From an uncultured Acidobacteriaceae bacterium (lineage in GTDB: Bacteria > Acidobacteriota > Terriglobia > Terriglobales > Acidobacteriaceae): a stretch of DNA of 64,000 nucleotides. Shown here piece after piece: positions 50,529-64,000 of the stretch. Under the pieces are notes generated by a model that was not told the DNA's origin, did not search any database, and was given only the letters and a program-made list of their open reading frames with translations. How positions within the stretch are numbered: position 1 is the stretch's first letter; every line of letters begins with the position of its first letter. The translations under genes and the position numbers were made by a program. The stretch spans positions 7,004 to 71,003 of the forward strand of contig CAVPCB010000078.1 of NCBI GenBank assembly GCA_963702285.1, written 5' to 3'.

Positions 50529-51122
50529 GCCTGCACTTCCTGTGCGACTGTCTGTTCCTGACTCCAGCTTGCGCTTCTCGCTCGGGTTTTCCGGGTCCGG
50601 GCGGCCGCTGCGATTCGTGGACGATGCGCAGCAACCTTGACTCGCCGGGAGTCAGTAACAGTGGAAAGTTGTTTTGTTCCGGCCTAAACCTGCATTACTA
50701 CCGCAACGCACACGGCCGGAAAGTTTATACAGCGACGCAACACGATGGACTGGGTTCCAGGGCCCCGAAGGCTCCCGCTTTACTGACTGAGGAGTGAAAC
50801 GGGGGAACGCAACCGGCTGCCGCGCCGATCAACGGAACGTACTGGAGTTGCCGTCCGATGCCGATTCAACCCTCGCACCCGGTGGTTTTCTCCGGTAACC
50901 GCGCAAGCGACGACGGAGAATGATCTACCGGGGTGATTCCTGACTCTCGAGAATCGCGACGAGCCTCGCGGTTTTAACAGCGTGGCATCAGCCGCTCGAT
51001 AGGTAAAAATAATAGTACTCCCTCGCAGCAGAGCCTGACAAGTCCTTTGATGCCCCGTACGTCAGCGTAATCCGCAAATGGGAATCGGGTTATGCACAGG
51101 GGCGGCGGCAGGCCCAAAACAG

Positions 51123-51147
51123 AAAAGCCATCCGCTGGATGGCTTTT
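51123..51147 (-). terminator. strong hairpin with flanking A/T runs inside a ~960-bp gene-free region
   Basis: AAAAGCCATCC-GCT-GGATGGCTTTT. On the minus strand it is followed by TTTTCTGTTTT. Confidence 0.5.
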
Positions 51148-51487
51148 CCGCGTGACAGCCAGTCACTGGCCTCCCTGAAGTTGCCCTTGATCTGGAACAC
51201 AACTGAGAACCTATGGATCAGGACATTTGGTCATTCCGGCCGGGGCAGAATCTCGAAGGACTTGCTCTCGTCAGCCGGAATCTTGGTTCGCACCGGCCCT
51301 CTTTCAAGGACCCATGCGTCGCTGGCGGTAACTACATGTGCAATCAAGGGGCCTTTTGGGTTATCCAATTAAGTCAATGATTTAGAGGTCCCATCATTCC
51401 GAATCCCGTAGAACGCAGAGCCGGTGGTTCTGAAATCCATAATGCGGGAGGGGTGGGCCGCCGGCTTCCCCTGGTCGAGCGGGATCT

Positions 51488-52306
51488 CTAGGTTTGGCAG
51501 TGGGGGCAGTAATGCGTTCCCCGTCCGGCCAGCACGATCCGCCGGATGGGGGTCCGGCAGACCCGGCAGGGCAAGCCCTCCCGCCCGTAGACTTTGTGCT
51601 GAATCTGGAAGAAGCCTGCCTCCCCGTCAGCGTCGACGTAGTCGGAGACCGACGATCCGCCGGCGCGGATGGCGGCGTGCAGGACAGCCTGCAAAGCTTT
51701 GTGGAGGCGGCTGAGGCGCTGGCGGGTCAGGCGTCCCGCGGGGCAGGTGGGCCGAATCTTCGCCCGGAACAGGCTCTCATCGGCATAAATATTGCCGACG
51801 CCATGCAGCAGGGACTGGTTCAGCAGGGCCGCTTTGATGGCCAGCTTGCGGCTGCGGAACAGGGCCACAAAGTCATCGAGGGTGATGGTCAGGGGTTCGC
51901 TTCCGGGTCCGGAGAAGGCGGCGCCGTCGAGGAGTTGGAGCCGGCCAAAACGGCGGGGGTCGACAAAACGAAGCTCGCGGCCTGACGCCAGCTGCAGGAT
52001 CGCGTGGGTGTGGGAGGCCACCGGAACCTCAGGGGCGGAAACGAGCAGCCGTCCCGTCATGCCGAGATGCACGAGCAGTTGCTTCGCGGTCGCGCGACTC
52101 GCTTTCGCCGTCAGGTCGATGACGATGTGTTTGCCCATACGGCGCACGCGGCCGATGCGGAGCCCAGGAAGCGCGGCGGCCATTTCCGCGGGCGGCGTTT
52201 TGAACGGCTCCTGATAGTGGCTGAACCAGGCCGAGACGATGCTGTCCCCTCGGACGCGGCGATTGACGCCGTTGGCGATGGTTTCCACTTCGGGGAGTTC
52301 TGGCAT
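51488..52306 (-). CDS. mutM: formamidopyrimidine-DNA glycosylase
   Basis: 272 aa from MPELPEVE, with a C-terminal zinc finger CRVC...CPHCQ. The track ORF upstream extension is spurious. Confidence 0.9.
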   Translation of the reverse strand: MPELPEVETIANGVNRRVRGDSIVSAWFSHYQEPFKTPPAEMAAALPGLRIGRVRRMGKHIVIDLTAKASRATAKQLLVHLGMTGRLLVSAPEVPVASHTHAILQLASGRELRFVDPRRFGRLQLLDGAAFSGPGSEPLTITLDDFVALFRSRKLAIKAALLNQSLLHGVGNIYADESLFRAKIRPTCPAGRLTRQRLSRLHKALQAVLHAAIRAGGSSVSDYVDADGEAGFFQIQHKVYGREGLPCRVCRTPIRRIVLAGRGTHYCPHCQT

Positions 52307-52474
52307 GGGCAGATTTGAGTGTAACGGGCCGCCGGCGCACATGCGTCCTGGATCCAGCCGTTGCGTCCATCGGACATCCGAACAGGGCCCAGGCCCGCGT
52401 CGCTTGACGCAACCCGCCCTCTGCCCGGATAGTTGGGATTCGTCTACCAAACCATCCATCGATCGAGGCAAATC

Positions 52475-53933
52475 ATGATGCGAAGCGGAGCAGTGTTGGC
52501 CGTGGTTTTGTGCGGAGCCATGGCGTGTGCGCAAAACATCGCTCTGAGGAACGATCCTCTGGCTCCTTTCGTCAAGGTGAAAGGCGACACGATCGTGCTG
52601 GAGCATGTGCGGGTGATCGACGGCACCGGGGCTCCGGCCAAAGAGGATCAGCGCATCGTGATCCAGCATGGCAGGATTGCGAACGTGCTGGGGGGAGTGG
52701 GGAACCAGCTGTTTCCGGCAAACACGCAGCACATCGACCTGACCGGCAAGACGGTTTTTCCTGGCCTCGTCGGCATGCACGAGCATCTGTTCTATCCGCT
52801 CCCCGACGGCGGCCCCGGCCTGCTGCCTCTCTATGGCGAGATGGCCGACTCGGCGCCGCGGCTCTATCTTGCCGGAGGCGTCACAGCAGCGCGCACCGCG
52901 GGCAGCCTTGAGCCGTACACCGACATTTCTGTGAAGCAGGCGATCGACGAGGGCAAGATTCCAGGGCCCGAAGCTCTTCCTCACCGGGCCCTATCTTGAA
53001 GGCGCGCCGGCGATCGGCCCGCAACTGCACACTCTGACCGGTCCTGACGATGCCGCTCGCACCGTGGACTACTGGTCGGCTGAGGGCATGACCTCGTTCA
53101 AGGCGTACATGCACATCACGCCCGAGGAGCTGAAGGCCGCCATCGATCACGCGCACGAGCACAGCATCAAGGTGACGGGGCACCTGTGCTCCGTTGGATT
53201 CAAAGAGGCGGCATCGCTCGGTATCGACAACCTCGAGCACGGGCTGGCCGTCGACACCGAGTTCTATTCGCAGAAGAAAGAAGGCGTGTGTCCGGGTCAG
53301 CATCCGGCACAAGCCGAGCTGGCGAAGATGGACGTGGAGGGACCGGAGATCCAGGGGACGATCAAGGACCTGATCGCTCACCACGTTGCTGTCACCTCCA
53401 CGCTGGCGATCTTCGAGAGCTTCGTGCCGAATCGTCCTCCGATGAGCGAGGAGATGCGCGTTCGCAGTTCGCTGATGCCGGACGCCTGGGGCAGTTACAC
53501 GACGACGCGCGCCTCCATCGCGGAGCATGCGGCGGACGCGACGTGGACGACGCTGCTCAAAATGGAGATGCAGTTCGAGCATGACTTTGTGAAGCAGGGT
53601 GGGCTGCTGATGGCGGGGTGCGATCCCACCGGCTATGGCGGCGTACTGCCTGGCTTCGGCGATCAGCGCAATTTGGAATTGCTGGTCGAAGCCGGCTTCA
53701 CGCCGGAGGAGGCCATCCACATCGCTACGGAAAACGGCGCGCAGTGGCTCGGCGAAGACAGCCGCATCGGCACGATCGCTGTGGGGAAGGCCGCTGACCT
53801 TGTGGTGGTCGATGGCAATCCTGCGGCGCAAATTGCCGACGTCGAGAAAGTCGACACTGTATTTAAGGATGGCGTGGGATACGATCCGCAGAAGCTGATC
53901 GAATCGGTGCGGGGTTTGGTGGGGCTGCGGTAG
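52475..53933 (+). pseudogene. secreted amidohydrolase-family protein, one frameshift
   Basis: Signal peptide MMRSGAVLAVVLCGAMACA and GLVGMHEHLF are present. Homology jumps frame at GGGCCCGAAG (~52967): ...IDEGKIPGP | KLFLTGPYLEGAP... and continues to 53933. Confidence 0.8.
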
Positions 53934-54015
53934 GTTTGTTCCTTAAAGCTTCCGGATTGCCGGCAATTCGGAAGTTACGGTCCCCCTTCGGAAGCAGAAA
54001 AAGGGGAAGCAGCGC

Positions 54016-54282
54016 TCAAGGGTTGAGATCGGTTTTTCGGGTACCACGTAATTTCGACCTTTCATCCGTGGTTTCTTCCGCAAGCATGATTCTCACTGCT
54101 CCATTCGCAGATGGGCCCAGCACCTGGCACCTCACCTCACCGGGTTGCGGGTATTCAGAATCCCACCAGAGGTCCGATGCGGTGAAGTAGGGCATTTTAC
54201 CGATGATGGAATGAAGCTGATCGTCCGCGTCACGGAACTGACACTCGACGATCCCCGGCTCATACGCCTTCATACAAAACAC
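54016..54282 (-). CDS. hypothetical protein
   Basis: 88-aa ORF in a somewhat AT-richer stretch, with no recognisable motif. Confidence 0.3.
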   Translation of the reverse strand: MFCMKAYEPGIVECQFRDADDQLHSIIGKMPYFTASDLWWDSEYPQPGEVRCQVLGPSANGAVRIMLAEETTDERSKLRGTRKTDLNP

Positions 54283-54421
54283 ACAATCTGCACTCGAAGG
54301 CTCGGCATGTTAGCGCGAAAGATAACGCGCCGGCTCCGATGGGGTATTGTTGCCGGAAAGTCGCCGAACCGGAAGTTAACACGCGCCGCGGACCTGCTTC
54401 TGGTGCGGTGCGCCGCCCGCA

Positions 54422-54977
54422 TCACGGCTGCGTTCCGGCTCCCATCTTTCCCCGCAGGCGCGACTCCGCCTCGTCGCTCCAGTACTTCGCCTTGAGGTGG
54501 ATGAAGACCGACGAGTAGGGCAGGACCGAGTTCGTCTTCAGCACCAGCACCTGAAAGGTGCGGCTGTCCTGGTCCACCATATCGATCAGTTTGCCGTGCG
54601 CCTGCGACTGCACCGGATACGCGTGCAGCAGGTCGGTGAGGTTCGCTCGAAACTGCGAGATCCCCGGCGCATCCTGATCGGAAACATACGGCAGCTCCGC
54701 GTCCATGAAAATCTCCGGCCGCACATGCTCGGAGTTCTCGATCTCGCTCGAACCACCCGGAGCACCAGCGTCTGCGGCGCGTGCGTATCGATGGTCTCGA
54801 TGCCCGGCGAGCTTTGCAGGGGATAGGCCGAGTCCACGATCAGGATCCAGTTGCGGTGACCGAGCAGCGGCAGAGCTGCGCGACTTTGGCCTGCCAGGAC
54901 TCCGGCTCCTGCGCCCGCGCTGCATGGGGAACAGGCGCGGCAAAAAAGAGGGCAAGGGCGACGAGTTTCCTCAGCAT
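54422..54977 (-). pseudogene. RbsD/FucU-like protein with signal peptide, two frameshifts
   Basis: The coding sequence spans three minus frames. MLRKLVALALFFAAPVPHAARA... comes first, then ...LLGHRNWILIVDSAYPLQ...THAPQTLVLRVV, then EIENSEHVRPEIF...VLPYSSVFIHL. Junctions are near 54875 and 54750. The span is 556 nt, which is 3n+1. Confidence 0.6.
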
Positions 54978-55089
54978 CGGACGAGTATCGCAGAACGCGC
55001 GCGATGGTTTCGCGCGCGAACACACTGAGGGACGGCCGCACAGGCTGATTCGCTCAGGAACCTGCGCGGCCGGCGTGCGCCCGAAGCCG

Positions 55090-55515
55090 CTACGCTTCTT
55101 TGTACAGAGCGGCTCCCGCAAGCGTTCCGAGGATGCAGGCCAGGAAGTCGCCGATCGTCGCGTACAGCGCCAGGTGGTGCGGGTAGGTGCCAGGAATCAC
55201 CATGAAGAAGCAGTTCGCCACCAGCGAAGCGAGCACCCAGGTGACCAGTCCGGCATACACCGCGGTCTTGGGTCCGGCGCCAAACCGCGGGCGGATCGCT
55301 GCGTAAATCCACACTGCGCTCAACCCGATGACCAGCCCAGCCAGGTTGAACTCGATAATTTGGATTGTGATGAGCGGGGGTCTGCCCAGCGTCTGCATCG
55401 CGGCGTTCCACTGCGGCCCCAGCCACAGGGCCTGGATCAGACTCTCGATGATGTCGCCAACGACCCCAGCTACCAACCCGCCCAAAATCCAGCGGCCGAC
55501 GTTGATTTTGCCCAT
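55090..55515 (-). CDS. small 4-TM membrane protein (paralogue of 32370-32843)
   Basis: 141 aa from MGKINVGRWILGGLVAG with AGGAGG upstream. It shares IYAAIRPRFGAG.....VYAG with the other copy. Confidence 0.55.
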   Translation of the reverse strand: MGKINVGRWILGGLVAGVVGDIIESLIQALWLGPQWNAAMQTLGRPPLITIQIIEFNLAGLVIGLSAVWIYAAIRPRFGAGPKTAVYAGLVTWVLASLVANCFFMVIPGTYPHHLALYATIGDFLACILGTLAGAALYKEA

Positions 55516-55645
55516 ACAGCCTCCTTATTCATGGGGGATGGGGAAGTATAGGTCCTGCACCAGTAATTGTGCAATGCAAATCAGGGATGGGGCGGATGCG
55601 CCACAGCAAGGAGCGACCTATCCATGCAGCGCGGCGTTTCGGACG

Positions 55646-56971
55646 CTACTGCAGCAGCGACATCGCCACGCTGGTCATCGCCGTCACGCCGGTGCGCAGC
55701 GTGGGCTCGGGCAGCGGCTCAAAGTGGCTGGTGTGCGGCCCCGGCAGCTCCTTGCCCGCCGCATGCGCCGCCGCCAGCTTCACCGGATCCATCGCTCCCA
55801 ACCGGAAGTACACAAGCGGAATCTCGTGCTTCGGCAGCGCAAAGACGCCAACATCCTCGCTGCCCATGATGCGAGACAGGTCGATGACCCGGTCGGCACC
55901 CAGAGTCTTCACCAGGATCGCTTTCACTTGCGCTGTCATCGCGGGATCGTTGTATTCAACCGGCGTCGACTCGTAGTCGAGGACGGTGACGGTCGCGGCC
56001 TTCTCCGGCGGCAGCCCAGCCGACGCTGTGATGCCCGCCGCCATCTGCTTCAACCCCTGGATCACGGTGTCGCGGCTTTTGTCGCTGAACGAGCGCGTAG
56101 TCAGCTCGAGCTTCACCTCATCGGGAATAATGTTGCGCTTCGTTCCGCCGTGAATATCGCCTACCGTTACGACCGTTGGGTCGAGCGGACTTTCTTCGCG
56201 ACTCACGATGGTCTGAATCTGCGTGATGTACAGCGCGGCCAGGGTGATGGGATCGCGCCCCGCCTGCGGAGCCGCGCCGTGGCCGCCGATCCCGCGAATC
56301 ACGACGTCGATCGAAGTGGAGCTCGCCTGCATGACACCGCTGGTCAGGCCTACGCTGCCTGCGGCCAGCTCGTTGGTGTCGTGCAGGCCGATGATGCGGT
56401 CGGGTTTGCCGAAGCGCTCGTAGAGATGATCTGCCAGCATCGCTTTGGCGCCGTCAATCGTTTCTTCTGAAGGCTGGCCGACGAGCATCAGCGTCCCGTG
56501 CCATTGCGATTTCATCGCCGCCATCGCGCGCGCCGTGCCGATCAGCACCGTGGTGTGCACGTCGTGTCCGCAGGCGTGCATCACGCCCACGGTCTGCCCA
56601 TCCTTATTTTTCGTAGTCACGTGGCTCGCGTACGGCACGCCCGTTTCTTCCACGATGGGCAGCGCGTCCATGTCGGCGCGAACCATCAGCGTTGGGCCTG
56701 GGCCATTCTTCAGAATCGCCACCACGCCGTACGCCTGCGAGCCGTCGGGATACTTTCCCACGCGCTCCGTCACCGTGTAGCCGGCCTCGCGCAGTGCGTC
56801 GGCGAGCAGGTGTGAGGTACGCGCCTCGAAATGCGACAGCTCAGGATGGGAATGGATGTCCTTATAGGTGTCGACCAGCGCAGGCAGTTCGGAATTGACG
56901 AAGGAGGGAACGTCCTGGGCAGCGGCAGCCACAGTAAGGAGGACGAAGGCCGGAATCGCTAGAGCGCGCAT
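55646..56971 (-). CDS. M20/M20D-family amidohydrolase (secreted)
   Basis: Signal peptide, HSHPELSHFE, MHACGHDVHT, and dimerisation-domain insertion. Confidence 0.9.
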   Translation of the reverse strand: MRALAIPAFVLLTVAAAAQDVPSFVNSELPALVDTYKDIHSHPELSHFEARTSHLLADALREAGYTVTERVGKYPDGSQAYGVVAILKNGPGPTLMVRADMDALPIVEETGVPYASHVTTKNKDGQTVGVMHACGHDVHTTVLIGTARAMAAMKSQWHGTLMLVGQPSEETIDGAKAMLADHLYERFGKPDRIIGLHDTNELAAGSVGLTSGVMQASSTSIDVVIRGIGGHGAAPQAGRDPITLAALYITQIQTIVSREESPLDPTVVTVGDIHGGTKRNIIPDEVKLELTTRSFSDKSRDTVIQGLKQMAAGITASAGLPPEKAATVTVLDYESTPVEYNDPAMTAQVKAILVKTLGADRVIDLSRIMGSEDVGVFALPKHEIPLVYFRLGAMDPVKLAAAHAAGKELPGPHTSHFEPLPEPTLRTGVTAMTSVAMSLLQ

Positions 56972-57018
56972 TTAGATTTCCTCAGGAAGAAGTGGCGCCC
57001 AGTATACGGGATCGCGCT

Positions 57019-58236
57019 TCAGCTCCTGTAGGGCCGCAGCGCCAGTACTGCATTCAGGCCCCCGAACGCAAAGGAGTTGGAAAGCGCCAGCGTCGGCGTC
57101 GTCGCCTCATTTTGTAACAGTACGTGATCCAAATGAAGCGACGGATCCACTTTCGAGCCGTCCTGCCCCAGTCCCGCGCTTGCCGGCAGCAATCCTTGCC
57201 GCAGCCCCAGAACCGTCGCCAGCAATTCGAGCGCCCCGGACGCGCCGATCGCGTGCCCGTGCAGTCCCTTGGTCGAACTGATCGCGATCGTCCGGGCTCG
57301 TTCGCCAAAGACGCGGTAGATTGCCTCCGCTTCGACGCGATCGTTCGCCTCCGTCCCGGTACCGTGCGCGTTAATGTAGCTGACTTCGTCCGGACTTGCC
57401 CCGGCATCCTCGATCGCCTTGCGCATCGCCGCCGCCGGCCCCGCCGGAATCGGCTGGGTGATGTGGTGCGCATCGGACGACATTCCGAATCCGACAATCT
57501 CGCCGAAGATCTCCGCGCCGCGCGCCTGCGCCGAATCCAGAGCCTCAATCGCCAGCACGGTCGCGCCCTCGGCCAGCGTCATCCCATCGCGATCCTCGGC
57601 AAATGGCCGGCAGGCGGTCGGTGAAACCACATGGAGCCCGTCCCATCCTTTTAGAAAGGTGAGCGTGAGCGGCGCCTCATGAGCACCGGTGAGTGCGGCC
57701 TTGACCGCGCCCGACCGCACCATCTGGAAGGCCAGCCCAATCGCGTGCGCACCCGAAGCGCACGCCGTGGTGAGGGTGAAGCACGGCCCCGTGATGCCGT
57801 GCTCCATGCTCACGAGGCTGGTGCCCGCGTTGGCCATCGCGCGCGGCACGGTCAGCGGATGCACGCGTGCTCCGCGCGCATAGAGCTTCTCGTATTCGGT
57901 CTCTTCGGTCGTGCGTCCGGCGGTGGAACATCCGAAGACCACCGCGATCTCGTTGCCGGAGTAAGCGCTGACGATGCCCGATTGCTCAACCGCCTGGCGT
58001 GCCGAAGCAATTGCAAACGCCGACGATCGCTCGCCAATCTGGCGCTGGTTCGCGTTCAGCCATTCCTGCTGGGGAAAATTTTCCACGATTCCGGCGCGAG
58101 AAAAGCGCAGGTCCGCGGGGCGATCCGGCATCTCCCGGATTCCGCTGCGGCCGGCGAAAAGGCTTTCGGCAAAGCTCGCCACATCCTGGCCGATGGGCGT
58201 GATGCAGCCGGCCCCGGTGATCACAACCCGCGTCAT
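57019..58236 (-). CDS. beta-ketoacyl-ACP synthase (KAS I/II family)
   Basis: 405 aa with active-site ACASGAH, HGTGT and GHAIGASG. The ATGA overlaps the upstream ACP stop. Confidence 0.9.
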   Translation of the reverse strand: MTRVVITGAGCITPIGQDVASFAESLFAGRSGIREMPDRPADLRFSRAGIVENFPQQEWLNANQRQIGERSSAFAIASARQAVEQSGIVSAYSGNEIAVVFGCSTAGRTTEETEYEKLYARGARVHPLTVPRAMANAGTSLVSMEHGITGPCFTLTTACASGAHAIGLAFQMVRSGAVKAALTGAHEAPLTLTFLKGWDGLHVVSPTACRPFAEDRDGMTLAEGATVLAIEALDSAQARGAEIFGEIVGFGMSSDAHHITQPIPAGPAAAMRKAIEDAGASPDEVSYINAHGTGTEANDRVEAEAIYRVFGERARTIAISSTKGLHGHAIGASGALELLATVLGLRQGLLPASAGLGQDGSKVDPSLHLDHVLLQNEATTPTLALSNSFAFGGLNAVLALRPYRS

Positions 58237-58496
58237 GCGCTGGCTTGGGAAGCGGCGCCCTTCTGGCGAAGGGCGTCTTCAATTCCCGTTACCATGTCGT
58301 TCACCGTTTTGATTTGGCCCAGTTTGTCCTCCGGAATCTCGATCTCGTATTTTTCCTCGATGTCGAAGGCAAGGCTCACTCGGTCCAGCGAGTCCAGTGC
58401 GAGCTCGTCAAAGGTGCTGTCGAGGCGAATCTGATCCGGTGGAATGCTTTTCTGTTTCGCGATGAGTGCGATGCACTCGTCGGCTATCGAATTCAT
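58233..58496 (-). CDS. acyl carrier protein
   Basis: 87 aa from MNSIADE with the phosphopantetheine site LALDSLDRV. The track ORF is over-extended. Confidence 0.85.
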   Translation of the reverse strand: MNSIADECIALIAKQKSIPPDQIRLDSTFDELALDSLDRVSLAFDIEEKYEIEIPEDKLGQIKTVNDMVTGIEDALRQKGAASQASA

Positions 58497-58647
58497 GGCT
58501 GCTCCGTGCCCGTACCAGGAGAATACATGCTCAGGATGCCCCGCCCTGCTGCACCCGATCAAGCGGTTGCGGAGCGCTCTGCCTGAATCCCGCGAGCCCG
58601 CCCGCACAGGGGCGAAGAAGAAACGAAAACCCGAGTAGAATAGGCAG

Positions 58648-63306
<4,659 letters not shown>

Positions 63307-63405
63307 CTAAGAGAAAATGACGAGTAACCAGCAAGCCGTAGCACCCGAGAGCGCGACGCGCGTCCGCCCGGACCGCTAGTCCTCCCCTGTATGCTTTTTG
63401 ACAGC

Positions 63406-63879
63406 ATGAGCAAGCTCTCGCATTTCGACGACGCCGGCGAAGCGCGCATGGTCGATGTCAGCGGAAAGACCGCGACTCGGCGCGAAGCCGAAGCTTCTGC
63501 CTTCGTCGCACTCAATGCCGAAACGCTCGCTGCGCTGCCGCAGAATCCGAAAGGCAATCCGCTGGAAGTTGCGCGCATCGCGGGCATTCAGGCGGCGAAG
63601 CGTACCGCCGAACTAATTCCGATGTGTCATCCTCTGCCACTCAGCTTCATTGACGTTCACATAGAAGTCGTCGCCGACGGCATTGCGATCCGCGCTACTG
63701 CCGCGACCACCGCCGGCACAGGCGTCGAGATGGAAGCGATGACCGCTGCCGCAGTCGCTGCACTGACGATCTACGACATGTGCAAGGCGCTGGATAAGGG
63801 CATCGTGATTCGCGATTTGAGGCTCGAGCGCAAATCAGGCGGCAAGAGCGGCGAATACGCCCGCGCGAAAAAATCGTAA
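63406..63879 (+). CDS. moaC: cyclic pyranopterin monophosphate synthase MoaC
   Basis: MSKLSHFD...MVDVSGK...LIPMCHPL...TGVEMEAMTAAAVAALTIYDMCKA. Confidence 0.9.
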   Translation: MSKLSHFDDAGEARMVDVSGKTATRREAEASAFVALNAETLAALPQNPKGNPLEVARIAGIQAAKRTAELIPMCHPLPLSFIDVHIEVVADGIAIRATAATTAGTGVEMEAMTAAAVAALTIYDMCKALDKGIVIRDLRLERKSGGKSGEYARAKKS

Positions 63880-64000
63880 TTTTCCACGCCATCCAGCCAA
63901 CCGAATCGCCTGCATCTTCATCGGCCTTCCTTCTGCGCGGGCCCCTCACCTCAGGCATCCGCTGCTCGTCCGCGCTTCATCTGACGTGTCAGGTGTTCCC

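Noticed and set aside
50529-51487. RNase P RNA, SRP RNA or 6S RNA in the large intergenic region.
   Set aside because: The signature strings are not present on either strand, for example GAGGAAAGTCCGG for RNase P or the SRP GGAA/AGCA tetraloop context.
63307-63405. A Moco riboswitch upstream of moaC.
   Set aside because: Only about 100 nt are available and I cannot recognise the conserved Moco-motif core. It would need cmscan.

Overview
GC-rich bacterial chromosomal segment. The gene content and the intergenic repeat families look like a soil Acidobacteria-type genome, but that taxon call is inference only. About 60 protein genes are supportable, plus tRNA-Leu(CAG) and tmRNA (ssrA). There is no rRNA, CRISPR array, transposase or integrase. 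Housekeeping genes: ruvB, aspS, hisS, mutM, moaC, gdh, greB-like, an RNase J gene and an lhr gene. The accessory block at 2.8-18.9 kb lies entirely on the minus strand. It runs, in order: sigma54 activator, FadL-type OMP, TusA, MvhD-like protein, two HdrA-like flavo-FeS proteins, a QmoC-like FeS/membrane protein, a DsrE3-like protein, an ECF sigma with a fused zinc-anti-sigma motif, a TolC/MFP/RND efflux pump and DUF2892. The TusA/DsrE + Hdr/Qmo-like cluster matches none of the canonical sHdr, QmoABC-AprBA or Dsr layouts and is my best candidate for an undescribed system. Other notable structure: (1) a 49-bp x ~11 tandem array directly abutting the 3' end of ssrA; (2) several heptanucleotide tandem arrays sitting exactly on gene boundaries; (3) palindrome and hairpin repeat clusters in long gene-free intergenic regions. 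The window also carries an unusual load of indel-disrupted genes: long HdrA, RNase J x3, amidohydrolase, RbsD/FucU-like x2, lhr, and a Mn-catalase remnant next to run-on ORFs. That load means either a poor consensus sequence or real gene decay. Many long ORFs in the track are antisense or shadow ORFs of a GC-rich genome and were not called.
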